From Alphaproteobacteria bacterium (GTDB taxonomy: Bacteria > Pseudomonadota > Alphaproteobacteria > UBA828): 64,000 bases of DNA. Of this stretch, positions 29,278 to 41,818 are shown piece after piece (position 1 is the first letter of the stretch; the number at the start of each line of letters is the position of its first letter). The translations under genes were made by a program, and so were the position numbers. The notes beneath the pieces were generated by a model. The model did not search any database. It had not been told where the DNA came from and worked only from the letters and a program-made list of their open reading frames with translations. The stretch is taken from NCBI GenBank assembly GCA_963667785.2, contig CAXXMU010000006.1:1-64000 (forward strand), read 5' to 3'.

Positions 29278-30219
29278 TCAGGCGCCGGCGGGGGCGGCGC
29301 CGGCGAGCCTGGCCTCGCGGTTGGCCCTGAGCGTCCGGAAGTCGTCGCCTGCGTGATAGGAGGAGCGCGTGAGCGGCGAGGAGGACACCATCAGGAAGCC
29401 CTTGGCGTAGGCCAGCTTCTCGTACTCGGCGAACTCGTCCGGCGTGACGTAGCGCATCACCTCGTGGTGCCGCTCGGTCGGACGCAGGTACTGGCCGATG
29501 GTGAGAAAGTCCACGTCCGCCGAGCGCAGGTCGTCCATCACCTGGAGGATCTCGCGGCGCTCCTCGCCGAGCCCCACCATGACGCCCGACTTGGTGAAGA
29601 TCGAGGGATCGCGGCACTTGACCTGATCCAGCAGGCGGAGCGAGTGGTAGTAGCGCGCGCCGGGCCGCACCTCGGTATAGAGGCGCGGCACCGTCTCCAG
29701 ATTGTGGTTGTAGACGTCGGGCTTCGCGTCCGCGACCGCCTCGATCGCGCCCGCCTTGTTGCGGAAGTCGGGCGTCAGCACCTCGATGGTGGTCCCGGGC
29801 GCGGTCTCGCGCAGACGCTCGATGCAGCGCACGAACTGGAAGGCGCCGCCGTCGTCGAGGTCGTCGCGGTCGACCGAGGTGATGACCACATGGTCGAGGC
29901 CGAGCGCCGAGACCGCCTCGGCCAGCTCGTCCGGCTCGTGCGGGTCGAGCTGATCGGGCCGGCCGGTCTTCACGTTGCAGAAGGCACACGCCCGGGTGCA
30001 GACCGAGCCGAGGATCATCACCGTCGCGTGGCCCTTGGCCCAGCACTCGCCGATATTGGGGCAGGCGGCCTCCTCGCACACGGTGTTCAGCCGGTGCGTC
30101 CGCATCAGCCGGCGCGTCGCGTTGTAGGCGGGCGATGTCGGCGCCTTGACCCGGAGCCAGCCCGGCTTGGGCTGGCGGTCGGTGCGTGGCTTCAGCGGTG
30201 TGACCTGCGAATCCGTCAT
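29278..30219 (-). CDS. lipA: Lipoyl synthase
   Basis: [26 protein letters not shown]. Confidence 0.98.
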   Translation of the reverse strand: MTDSQVTPLKPRTDRQPKPGWLRVKAPTSPAYNATRRLMRTHRLNTVCEEAACPNIGECWAKGHATVMILGSVCTRACAFCNVKTGRPDQLDPHEPDELAEAVSALGLDHVVITSVDRDDLDDGGAFQFVRCIERLRETAPGTTIEVLTPDFRNKAGAIEAVADAKPDVYNHNLETVPRLYTEVRPGARYYHSLRLLDQVKCRDPSIFTKSGVMVGLGEERREILQVMDDLRSADVDFLTIGQYLRPTERHHEVMRYVTPDEFAEYEKLAYAKGFLMVSSSPLTRSSYHAGDDFRTLRANREARLAGAAPAGA

Positions 30220-30240
30220 GGGCGCGCCCTCGTCTTGCGC

Positions 30241-31644
30241 CTAGATGTGGAGGACGCGCCCATAGGCGTCAAGCACCGATTCGTGCATCGCCTCGGAAAG
30301 CGTGGGATGCGGGAAGATCGTCTCGGCGAGCTCCGCCTCGGTGCACTCCAGCGTGCGCGCGACCGTGTAGCCCTGGATCAGCTCGGTCACCTCGGGCCCG
30401 ATCATGTGGGCGCCGAGCAGCTCGCCCGTGGCCTCGTCGAACACGGTCTTGACGAAGCCCTCCGGCTCGCCGAGCGCGATCGCCTTGCCGTTGCCGATGA
30501 AGGGGAAGCGCCCGACGCGGACCGCGTGGCCGGCCTCCTTCGCCGCGGCCTCGGTGAGCCCGACCGAGGCGACCTGGGGCCGGCAGTAGGTGCAGGCCGG
30601 CACCCGGGTGGTGTCGAGCGGGCGGACGCCGTCCGCGCCCGCGATCCTCTCCACGCAGAGCACGCCCTCGTGGCTGGCCTTGTGGGCGAGCCAGGGCGGG
30701 CCGGTGACGTCGCCGATGGCGTAGACGCCGGGCTCGCCCGTCGCCATCCAGGGGTCGGTCCGGATGTGGCCCTTCTCGACGACGACGCCGGTGCCCTCGA
30801 GGCCCAGGTCCTCGACATTGCCGACGATGCCGGCGGCGAGGATCGCGCGGTCGAAGGTGGCCTCCTCCGTCTTGCCGTCGCTTGTCTCGATCGCCGCCTG
30901 CACCATCCCGCCCACGACCGCGAGTCCGTTTACCCGCGCGCCGGTGTGGATGGTCAGGCCCTGCGCCTTGAACGCCTTGGCCGCGGCGGCGGAGATCTCC
31001 TCGTCCTCGACCGGCAGGATGCGCGGCAGAAGCTCGACCACGGTGACCGCGCTGCCGAGATCGGCATAGAAGCTCGCGAACTCCATGCCGATGGCGCCCG
31101 CGCCGATCACCAGCAGGGAAGCGGGCTGCGCGGAGGGCACCATCGCCTCCTTGTAGGTCCAGATCATGGTGCCGTCGGGCTCGAGCCCCGGCAGCACCCG
31201 CGCGCGTGCGCCGGTGGCGAGGATGATGTGGGCGGCACGGACCGTCTGCGCCTCCCCGCCTTCCTTCGTGACCTCGAGCGCGCCGGGGCCTGCGAGCCGG
31301 CCCCGGCCCTCGATGACGGTCACCCCGTTCTTCTTCATCAGGTAGGCGACGCCGAGGGAGAGCTGGTCGGCGACGCCGCGCGAATAGGCGACGACCTTCT
31401 CGATGTCCACCGAGACGTCGCCCGCGGTGATGCCGAAATCGCCGAGGCGGCCGAGCGTATGACGAAGCTCGGAGACCCTGAGCAGTGCCTTGGTCGGGAT
31501 GCAGCCCCAGTTGAGGCAGATGCCGCCGAGGCGATCGCTCTCGACCACGGCGGTCTTGAGCCCGAGCTGGCTGGCACGGATCGCCGCGACATAGCCGCCG
31601 GGCCCGCTGCCGACGATGACGACGTCAAAGGACGCATCCGCCAT
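30241..31644 (-). CDS. lpdA: Dihydrolipoyl dehydrogenase (E3)
   Basis: GSGPGGY, GGICLNWGCIPTK, HPTLSE. Confidence 0.97.
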   Translation of the reverse strand: MADASFDVVIVGSGPGGYVAAIRASQLGLKTAVVESDRLGGICLNWGCIPTKALLRVSELRHTLGRLGDFGITAGDVSVDIEKVVAYSRGVADQLSLGVAYLMKKNGVTVIEGRGRLAGPGALEVTKEGGEAQTVRAAHIILATGARARVLPGLEPDGTMIWTYKEAMVPSAQPASLLVIGAGAIGMEFASFYADLGSAVTVVELLPRILPVEDEEISAAAAKAFKAQGLTIHTGARVNGLAVVGGMVQAAIETSDGKTEEATFDRAILAAGIVGNVEDLGLEGTGVVVEKGHIRTDPWMATGEPGVYAIGDVTGPPWLAHKASHEGVLCVERIAGADGVRPLDTTRVPACTYCRPQVASVGLTEAAAKEAGHAVRVGRFPFIGNGKAIALGEPEGFVKTVFDEATGELLGAHMIGPEVTELIQGYTVARTLECTEAELAETIFPHPTLSEAMHESVLDAYGRVLHI

Positions 31645-31693
31645 GATGTCCTCCGGTCTCGTATGCGTGAGGGGCCGGCAAGGCCGGCTCCCG

Positions 31694-33001
31694 CTAGAGA
31701 AGCATGGTGAGCGGGTCTTCGATCAGGCCCTTGAACGCCTGCAGGAAGGTGGCGCCGAGGGCGCCGTCGACCACCCGGTGATCGACCGAGAGCGTGCACG
31801 TCATCTGGGTCGCCACCGCGAGCGCGCCGTCCCGGACCACGGGCCGCTGCGCGGCGGCGCCGACGGCGAGGATCATCGACTGCGGCGGGTTGATGATCGC
31901 CGCAAACTCCCTGATGCCGTACATGCCGAGGTTGGAGACGCTGAAGGTGCCGCCCTGGTACTCCTCCGGCGCGAGCCCCATGGGCTTGGCGCGGGCGCGG
32001 CCGGCGAGCTCCTTCACCTCGGCGGAGATCTCGGCAAGGCCCTTGTTGGCCGCATTGCGCACGATGGGCGTCACCAGCCCGTCCTCGATGGCGACGGCGA
32101 CCGAGACATCGACGCTCGCGTAGCGCCTCAGCGCGCCGTCCACCCAGGAGGCGTTGGCCGCCGGCACCTTGCGCAGCGCCAGCGCCGCGGCGCGGATCAC
32201 GAAGTCGTTGACCGAGAGCGAGTAGTCGTCGGAGCGGCCGTTGAGCTCGGCCCGGGTCTCCAGCAGCGCATCGACCGTGCAATCGACGGTGAGGTAGAAG
32301 TGCGGTACGTCGCGCTTCGCCTCCTGCAGGCGCTGGGCGATGACCTTGCGCATGGTGCTCGCGGGCACGTCCTCCCAGGCGGCTGCGGCGGGCGCGGCAG
32401 GCGCCGTCGGAGCGGCCGGGGCCGGCGCGGGCGCGGCAGCGGGAGCGGAAACGGCAGCGGGGGCCTCGGCAGTCGCTGCGATCGCCGCCTCGACATCGGC
32501 CTTCACGATGCGTCCGCCGGGTCCGGTGCCGGCGATCGCCTCGAGCGCCAGGCCGGCTTGCTTAGCCATGCGGCGCGCCAGCGGGCTCGCGAAGATGCGC
32601 GCACCGGGCTCGCGCGCGGGCGCGGGGGCTGCAGCGGCAGGCGCGGCTTCCGGCGTCGGCGCGGCGGGCGCGGCCTCGGGCGCAGGTTCGGCCGGAGCGG
32701 GAGCGGGGCTTGCGGCCGGCGCGGCGGCCGCGGCACCGTCGAGCGCAGAGGCGTCCTCGTCCTCTTCCAGGATCAGCCCGATGACCGCGTTCACCGCCAC
32801 GCCCTCGGTGCCGGCGGGGACGACGATCCGGCCGAGGGTTCCCTCGTCGGTCGCCTCCACCTCCATCGTCGCCTTGTCGGTCTCGATCTCGCACAGGATA
32901 TCGCCGGCCGCGACCGGGTCGCCCTCGTTCTTGAACCAGCTCGCGACGTTGCCCTCGGTCATCGTCGGCGAGAGGGCCGGCATCAGAATCTGAATCGGCA
33001 T
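31694..33001 (-). CDS. pdhC: Pyruvate dehydrogenase E2 dihydrolipoamide acetyltransferase
   Basis: Lipoyl motif ETDKATME, Ala/Pro linkers, ASPLARR E3-binding domain, DHRVVDG. Confidence 0.97.
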   Translation of the reverse strand: MPIQILMPALSPTMTEGNVASWFKNEGDPVAAGDILCEIETDKATMEVEATDEGTLGRIVVPAGTEGVAVNAVIGLILEEDEDASALDGAAAAAPAASPAPAPAEPAPEAAPAAPTPEAAPAAAAPAPAREPGARIFASPLARRMAKQAGLALEAIAGTGPGGRIVKADVEAAIAATAEAPAAVSAPAAAPAPAPAAPTAPAAPAAAAWEDVPASTMRKVIAQRLQEAKRDVPHFYLTVDCTVDALLETRAELNGRSDDYSLSVNDFVIRAAALALRKVPAANASWVDGALRRYASVDVSVAVAIEDGLVTPIVRNAANKGLAEISAEVKELAGRARAKPMGLAPEEYQGGTFSVSNLGMYGIREFAAIINPPQSMILAVGAAAQRPVVRDGALAVATQMTCTLSVDHRVVDGALGATFLQAFKGLIEDPLTMLL

Positions 33002-33010
33002 GATGACTCC

Positions 33011-33994
33011 CTAGGTTCGGTAGCAGGCGCGGCGGGCCGCATCCGCTATGTCGGCGGCGCCGGGCAGGCTCGCGGCCTCCAGGCTGGCGGCATAGGGCAT
33101 CGGCACGTCGGCGCCCGAGACCCGCTCGACCGGCGCGTCGAGCGCATCGAAGGCGCGCTCCATGACCATCGCGGCAAGCTCGGCGCCGATGCCGGCGAAC
33201 GGCCAGCCCTCCTCCACCGTGACCAGCCGGTTGGTCTTCTCTACCGAGGCCAGCACGGCCGCGCCGTCGAGTGGCCGGAGCGAGCGCAGGTCGACGACCT
33301 CGGCCTCGATGCCCTCTCCCGCCAGCGTCTCCGCCGCCTCCAGCGCGTTCCCCACCATGATCGAGAAGGCGGCGATGGTGACGTCGCCGCCGGCGCGCGC
33401 GATCGCGGCCTTGCCGATCGGCACCACGTGCTCGCCCTCGGCCGGGACCTCGAAGCTCTGGCCGTAGAGAAGCTCGTTCTCCAGGAAGACGACGGGGTTG
33501 GGATCGCGGATGGCGGCCTTGAGCAGCCCCTTGGCGTCGGCCGCCGAATAGGGGGCGATCACCCGCCAGCCCGGCACGTGGGCGAACCAGCTCGCGTAGC
33601 ACTGCGAGTGCTGCGCCGCGACCCGCGCGGCCGCGCCGTTGGGGCCGCGAAAGACCACGGGCACCGGCAGCAGGCCGCCGGACATGTAGAGCGTCTTCGC
33701 GGCCGAGTTGATCAGGTGATCCATCGCCTGCATGGCGAAGTTGAAGGTCATGAACTCGACGATGGGCTTGAGCCCGCCCATGGCGGCGCCCACGCCGATG
33801 CCGGCGAAGCCCGCCTCGGTGATCGGCGTATCGATCACGCGGCCGGCGCCGAACTCGTCGAGCAGGCCCTGGCTCACCTTGTAGGCGCCCTGGTATTCCG
33901 CGACCTCCTCCCCCATCAGGAAGACGTCGGGATCGGCCCGCATCTCCTCCGCCATCGCGTCGCGGAGCGCCTCGCGAACGGTCTGCTGCACCAT
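33011..33994 (-). CDS. pdhB: Pyruvate dehydrogenase E1 beta subunit
   Basis: [32 protein letters not shown]. Confidence 0.97.
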   Translation of the reverse strand: MVQQTVREALRDAMAEEMRADPDVFLMGEEVAEYQGAYKVSQGLLDEFGAGRVIDTPITEAGFAGIGVGAAMGGLKPIVEFMTFNFAMQAMDHLINSAAKTLYMSGGLLPVPVVFRGPNGAAARVAAQHSQCYASWFAHVPGWRVIAPYSAADAKGLLKAAIRDPNPVVFLENELLYGQSFEVPAEGEHVVPIGKAAIARAGGDVTIAAFSIMVGNALEAAETLAGEGIEAEVVDLRSLRPLDGAAVLASVEKTNRLVTVEEGWPFAGIGAELAAMVMERAFDALDAPVERVSGADVPMPYAASLEAASLPGAADIADAARRACYRT

Positions 33995-34019
33995 GGCCGG
34001 CCGGCGTCCCCTGCGTCTC

Positions 34020-35039
34020 TCAGGCGCCGGCGACGACGTGGGACGCGAGCGCGGCTGGGTCGGGCTCGGGCGCTCCTTGCGCGAAGTCGGCGGCGTCGTT
34101 GACCACCGCCCTCACCTCCTTGTCGATCTCCTTGAGCGCCGCCTCGTCCGCATGGCCGCCGTCGACCAGCGCCTCCCGCGCCTGGGCGATCGGGTCGCGC
34201 TCCTCGCGCACCTTGCTCACCTCCTCACGGCTCCTGTACTTCGCCGGATCGGACATCGAGTGGCCACGATAGCGGTAGGTCATCATCTCCAGCAGGCGCG
34301 GCCCCTTGCCCGCCCTGAGCGCGGCGACCGCCTCCTGCGCCGCATGGAGCACGGCGCCCACGGCCATCCCGTCGACCCGCCCGCCCGGAATGCCGAACGC
34401 GCTGCCGCGCTCGTGCAGGTCGGAGACCGCCGCCGAGCGCTCCACCGAGGTGCCCATGGCGTACTGGTTGTTCTCGATCACGAAGAGCACGGGCAGCTGC
34501 CACAGAGCCGCCATGTTGAAGGCCTCGAACACCTGGCCCTGATTGGCCGCGCCGTCGCCGAAATAGGTGACGGAGATGCGGTCCGAGGCGCGGTACTTGT
34601 GGGCGAAGCCGAGGCCGACCCCGAGCGGCACCTGGGCGCCGACGATGCCGTGGCCGCCGTAGAAGCCGCGCTCGGGCGCGAACAGGTGCATCGAGCCGCC
34701 CCTGCCCTGCGATGCGCCGGCCGCGCGCCCGGTGAGCTCCGCCATGACGTCGCGGGGCGGGACGCCGGCGACCAGCATGTGGGCGTGGCAGCGGTAGCCG
34801 GTGATCACCGAATCGCCGGGCTCGAGCGCGTACTGCACGCCGGTGACGACGGCCTCCTGCCCGATATAGAGGTGGCAGAAGCCGCCGATCAGGCCCATGC
34901 CGTAGAGCTGGCTGGCCTTCTCCTCGAAGCGCCGGAGCAGCAGCATGTCGCGGTACGAGCGATGGAGCGCGTCGGGCTCCATCGCGGCCGCCTGCGCGGG
35001 CGCGGCGCCGCCACGGGCTCTCTTCTTGGCGGTCGCCAT
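34020..35039 (-). CDS. pdhA: Pyruvate dehydrogenase E1 alpha subunit
   Basis: [31 protein letters not shown]. Confidence 0.97.
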   Translation of the reverse strand: MATAKKRARGGAAPAQAAAMEPDALHRSYRDMLLLRRFEEKASQLYGMGLIGGFCHLYIGQEAVVTGVQYALEPGDSVITGYRCHAHMLVAGVPPRDVMAELTGRAAGASQGRGGSMHLFAPERGFYGGHGIVGAQVPLGVGLGFAHKYRASDRISVTYFGDGAANQGQVFEAFNMAALWQLPVLFVIENNQYAMGTSVERSAAVSDLHERGSAFGIPGGRVDGMAVGAVLHAAQEAVAALRAGKGPRLLEMMTYRYRGHSMSDPAKYRSREEVSKVREERDPIAQAREALVDGGHADEAALKEIDKEVRAVVNDAADFAQGAPEPDPAALASHVVAGA

Positions 35040-35171
35040 CTCCCCCTCTGCCCGATGCCGGTGCCGGCCGCAACGCCGCGGGCCGGCACGGAAACAGCCG
35101 CACGCTAGGTCAAACGACGCAGGCTGACAAGGGCAAGGCGGCTATTGCTTGCCATGACAAGAGATTTTCCG

Positions 35172-35498
35172 TCAGCGCGAGGGCGACGGATCCTGGTGAA
35201 GCACCACCTCTTCGTCGGGATGGCCCAGATTGAGCAGACGGCGGGCCTCCTGGTCGAGCAGGTCGAGGTCGAGATTGTCGGTCCGGAGCTGCGAGACGCG
35301 GCGCTCGAGCCTGCTGCGCTCGGCGGCGAGCGCAGCGACCTCGGCGCGGGTCCGCTCCAGCTCGGCGGAACGCTGCATCCAGCCGAGCAGCCCGCGCTCG
35401 CCATGCACGCTCTGATAGCCGACATAGAGCAGACCGAGCGCGCAGGTGAGCAGCACGACGATCATCCGGTAGCGAATCCGCGCGAATCGCTCGGCCAT
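35172..35498 (-). CDS. ftsB: Septum formation initiator (FtsB/DivIC family)
   Basis: One transmembrane segment, GERGL, coiled coil, DLDLLDQEARRLL; lies between eno and pdhA. Confidence 0.85.
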   Translation of the reverse strand: MAERFARIRYRMIVVLLTCALGLLYVGYQSVHGERGLLGWMQRSAELERTRAEVAALAAERSRLERRVSQLRTDNLDLDLLDQEARRLLNLGHPDEEVVLHQDPSPSR

Positions 35499-35587
35499 GG
35501 CGGGAAGACATCACCCCCGGCGCCGCCGGCTGTCAAGACAGCAGTGCTGGCCTGAATTGACGGGACACGGCGTGCCCGGCCGCCGAC

Positions 35588-37618
<2,031 letters not shown>

Positions 37619-37622
<4 letters not shown>

Positions 37623-39703
37623 CCCACGTCGAGCACGATGCAGCCGGCGTCGTTGAGCCGGGCGCGCACGCCGGGCGGGACGACGCAGGTCGCGTCGTAT
37701 TCCTCGACGATCAGCGGCCCCTCCCTCTCGCGGGCCAGGTCGGCGCGGCCGATGACGGCGGCCTCGCACCAGCCGCCTTCCGGGCCGAAGTAGGCGCTGC
37801 GGGCGCGGGGCGTCTCCGTCGTGCCGGCCCGTGGCGCGATGCGGGGCGGCGGCGCGGCGGGCCGCACGCCCCGGCCGAGCACCCTGAGCGTGACCAGCTC
37901 GACCGGCTCCTCCGGGCCGGCGCGGTGGCCGTAGGTGCGCTCGTGCTCGGCGCCGAACGCTTCCTCGAGGGCGGCGAGCGCCGCGTCGTCGAGGGGGCCG
38001 TCGGGCACCGGGACCGTGAGCTCGTAGATCTGGCCCTGGTAGTGGAGGCTGGCATGACGCTCGATCCGGGCCGCCGGCCCGTCGTAGCCGTCCGCCGCGA
38101 GCCGCCCCGCCGCATCCGCCGCCAGCGCATCCCAGGCCGCGGCGAGCGCTTCCTTGTCGAGGCCGCGCAGCAGGGCGCGGAAGGTGCGCGAGAGGTGATG
38201 CTCGACGTCCGCCGTGAGCAGGCCGAAGGAGGAGAAGAGGCCCGGCGCCGGCGGCACCACCACGCGCCGGATATCGAGCGCCTGCGCCATGGCGGCGCCG
38301 AACACCGGGCCGTTGCCGCCGAAGGCGACGAGGGTGTAGCCGCGCGGATCGCGGCCGCGCTCGGTCGAGACCGCCCGGATCGCCCGGATCATGTTGGAGG
38401 CGACGATGCGGTGGGCGCCGTGGGCCGCCTCCTCGACCGGGACGCCGAGCGGCGCGGCGATCTCTCGCTCCAGGGCGCGGATCGCGCTGGCGGCGTCGAT
38501 GGGCAGTGCACCGCCCACGAGATAGTCCGGATTGAGATAGCCCAGCGCCACGTTGGCGTCCGTGATCGTGGGCGCGCTCCCGCCCTTGCCGTAGCAGACG
38601 GGTCCGGGCTCGGCGCCGGCGCTCTCGGGCCCCACCTGCAGGGAGCCGCCGGCATCGATGGTGATCAGCGAGCCGCCGCCGGCGCCGACCTCGGCGAGGT
38701 CGATGGCCGGCATCCGCACCAGATAGCCCGCGCCGGTCATCAGGCGCGAGCCGGCAAGGATGCCGCCGCCCACCTGGAACTCGCTGGAGCGGCTGATCTC
38801 GCCGCCCTCGATCAGCGCCGCCTTGGCGGTGGTGCCGCCCATGTCGAAGGTGACGAGATTGTCCTGACCGAGACCGTCCGCCATGGCGAGCGCGCCGACC
38901 ACGCCGCCCGCCGGCCCCGATTCGACGATGTTCACGGGGCGTCGCGCCGCCTCGTCAGCCGAGGTGAGGCCGCCGTTCGACTGCATGATGAGCAGAGGGG
39001 CGCCGGCGCAGCGCTCGCCGACGGCCTGCCGCAGGCGCGCGAGATAGCTCTGCACGATCGGGCTGATGTAGGTGTTGATCACCGTGGTGGACGTGCGCTC
39101 GTACTCCTTGATCTCGGGCAGCACGTCGTAGCTGACGCAGACAGTGCAGCCCGGCGCGCGCTCCTTGACGATCGCCTCCAGCGCCCGCTCGTGGACCGGG
39201 TTGGCGAACGAGTTGATGAGGCAGACGGCGATCGCGTCCACCCCCTCGGCAAGCAGCCTCTCCACCGCGGCCTTCGCGTCGTCCTCGTCGAGCGCCGTCT
39301 GCACGCGACCCGACGCATCGATCCGCTCGTCGACGACCGCGCGCAGGTAGCGCTCGACCAGCGGCGGCGGCTTCTCCCAGGCGAGGTCGTAGAGCCGCGG
39401 CATCCTGAGGTTGCGGATCTCCAGCACGTCGCGGAAGCCGCGCGTGCCGATGAGGCCGGTGCGGGCGCCCTTGCGCTCCAGCAGCGCGTTGCTCGCCACC
39501 GTCGTGCCGTGCACGACCTCGGCGATGGTGGCCGCCTCGAGCCCGTGCTCGGCAACCAGCGACGCGATCCCCTCCATGATGGCGCGGGCATAGTCGTCAA
39601 CGCTGGAGGAGACCTTCCGCGTCGCCACCGTGCCGTCGTCGGCGAGCAGAACGATATCGGTGAAAGTGCCGCCGATATCGACGCCGATACGCCAGGTGCT
39701 CAC
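37619..39703 (-). CDS. Hydantoinase/oxoprolinase A subunit (ATP-binding)
   Basis: GVDIGGTFTD, HGTTVASNAL, ESGPAGG, DMGGTT, VGPESAGAEPGPVCY. Confidence 0.94.
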
Positions 39704-41562
39704 GCCCCGCTCTCGGGCGGGCGGCCCTGAGTCACCGGCATTGTGCCGCGCGAGACCGCCGGCGGCGCGTCCCACCCGCGCGCGGCCCTGAGCGCCGCCC
39801 GGCGTTCCTCGGTCGCGGCATGGTCCACCCGCCAGGAGGCGCGGTCGACGATCACGCCGTAGTCGTCGCGCGCGGCATCCTCGCCGATCAGCTCGTTGCG
39901 GAGGTCGCGCAGCACGGCGTCGGGCTCGCGCTCCAGCGGATCGCCCCAGCCGCCGGCGCCGGCAAGCTCGTGTCGGAAGATGTCGCCGCGCACGATGGTC
40001 TCGGTGAGCTTGCTCGGCAGCGGACGCTCCTCCGGCCCGGGGTTCATCGCGTTGCGCGAGGGCTGGCCGGGGCTGCCGCCGTAGAGCCCGTAGGGCCGGA
40101 AGGTGCGGCGGTCGGCCCGCACCTGGAGCAGGCCCTCGGCCTCGAGGAAGCGGTAGTCGCGGCGGAAGGGCGTGCCGCCCCGGTAGCGGCCGGCGCCGGC
40201 GCGGTCGGGCACGAACTCGTAGGAGAGGATCTGCAGCGGGTACTCGGCCTCCGTCACCTCGACCGACTGGGAGGCCATGTTCGCGAAGATGTTCGAGTTG
40301 CCGTCCAGGCCGTCGGCCCAGGGCCGGGCGCCCCAGGTGCCGCAGGTGAAATCGACGTAGACGAAGGGCTTTCGCTGATCGTCGTAGCCGCCGATGGTGA
40401 TGCCGGTGTTGCCGCCGTCGGAGGCGGCGAAGACCTTCTCCGGCAGCATCATCGCGAGCGCGCCGAAGGCACAGTCGACCATGCGGAACCCGGTGAGCCC
40501 GCGCGCCGCGCAGGCCGCCGGCAGCACCGCGTTGGTGATGGTGCCCGGCGGCGCCGAGACGGTGATGGCGCGGAAGACGCCCTCGTTGTTGGGGATGCCC
40601 GGCGGCAGCACCGAGCGGATCGCCGTGTAGGTGGCGGCCTTGGTCCAGGACAGCGTGCTGTTGATCGCGCCCTTCACCTGCGGCGACGACCCCGCCCAGT
40701 CCGCATGCAGGCTGTCGCCCTCCTTGCGGAGCGTCACGTGGAGCCTGATGGGCCTGCCACGGTCCACGCCGTCGTCGTCGATCCAGTCCTCGAAGCTGGT
40801 CTCCCCGTCCGGCAGCTCGCTGAGCGCAGCCCGGGTCAGGCGCTCGGCATAGTCGATGATCTCCTGCAGGTAGAAGCGCGTGGCGGCGGCGCCGTGCTGG
40901 CGCACGAGATCGACGATCTGGCGCTCGGCGATGTGGCAGGCGGCGAGCTGGGCGCGCAGATCGCCGAAGAGCTTGACCGGCAGACGCACGTTCTTCTCCA
41001 GCAGCGCGAACAGCGTCTCGTTGCGCTCGCCCCTGTCGTAGAGCCGCAGCGGCGGGATGCGCACGCCCTCCTGGTAGATCTCGGTGGAATCGGAGGCATT
41101 GGAGCCGGCGACCCGGCCGCCGACGTCGGCGTGGTGGCAGACGGTCGCGGCGAAGGCGATGCGCTCCGCCCCGTCGAAGACCGGCTTGAAGACGAAGATG
41201 TCCGGCAGGTGCATGCCGCCGTCGAAGGGGTCGTTCATGATGAAGACGTCGCCGGGATGGATGGCGTCGCCATAGTGGCGCAGCACCGCCTCGATCGCCG
41301 TCGGCACCGAGCCGAGATGACCCGGCAGCGTCAGCCCCTGCGCGATCAGGCGGCCGGCGCCGTCGGTCAGCGCCGTGGAGAAATCCATGTTGTCGCGCAG
41401 CACGCCCGAATAGGTGGTGCGGCAGACGGTGAGCGCCATCTCGTCGGCGATGGCGAAAACGGCGTTGCGGAAGAGCTCGAAGCCGAAGGGATCGGCGCCG
41501 CCCGCGCCTTGCGCCCCGGCCGCGCCCGTCGCCGCCTCGCCCTGACCTGCAATCGCCTCCAT
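39700..41562 (-). CDS. Hydantoinase B/oxoprolinase family subunit
   Basis: DFSTAL, NDPFDGGMHLPD, HHADVGG, EIYQEG, GAGGWGDPLER. Confidence 0.94.
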   Translation of the reverse strand: MEAIAGQGEAATGAAGAQGAGGADPFGFELFRNAVFAIADEMALTVCRTTYSGVLRDNMDFSTALTDGAGRLIAQGLTLPGHLGSVPTAIEAVLRHYGDAIHPGDVFIMNDPFDGGMHLPDIFVFKPVFDGAERIAFAATVCHHADVGGRVAGSNASDSTEIYQEGVRIPPLRLYDRGERNETLFALLEKNVRLPVKLFGDLRAQLAACHIAERQIVDLVRQHGAAATRFYLQEIIDYAERLTRAALSELPDGETSFEDWIDDDGVDRGRPIRLHVTLRKEGDSLHADWAGSSPQVKGAINSTLSWTKAATYTAIRSVLPPGIPNNEGVFRAITVSAPPGTITNAVLPAACAARGLTGFRMVDCAFGALAMMLPEKVFAASDGGNTGITIGGYDDQRKPFVYVDFTCGTWGARPWADGLDGNSNIFANMASQSVEVTEAEYPLQILSYEFVPDRAGAGRYRGGTPFRRDYRFLEAEGLLQVRADRRTFRPYGLYGGSPGQPSRNAMNPGPEERPLPSKLTETIVRGDIFRHELAGAGGWGDPLEREPDAVLRDLRNELIGEDAARDDYGVIVDRASWRVDHAATEERRAALRAARGWDAPPAVSRGTMPVTQGRPPESGA

Positions 41563-41818
41563 GCACCCCTCCCCGGCCGGCCGCGATGATAGGAGGGAGC
41601 CAGCGCCGCGTCGACTCTGGCCGCCCAATCAGAGGAGCTCCGACTGGATTGCCGGGGGGCTGGCTTCTTCGTCCGGCCGGACTTTGGCCGTACGTTGCTG
41701 CTATCTAGCTCAGCGCAACCCAACTTTCCCGCAACACCCGTTCTGCTGTCTGCTCACCCCTAACGTACTTTAAAGTGCAGGAGGGACTTGACGATTTCAC
41801 AGTCGTTTCAGTGCTGGC

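Noticed and set aside
29353-34102. 785-aa and 828-aa plus-strand ORFs
   Set aside because: Antisense shadows of lipA, lpdA, pdhC and pdhB.
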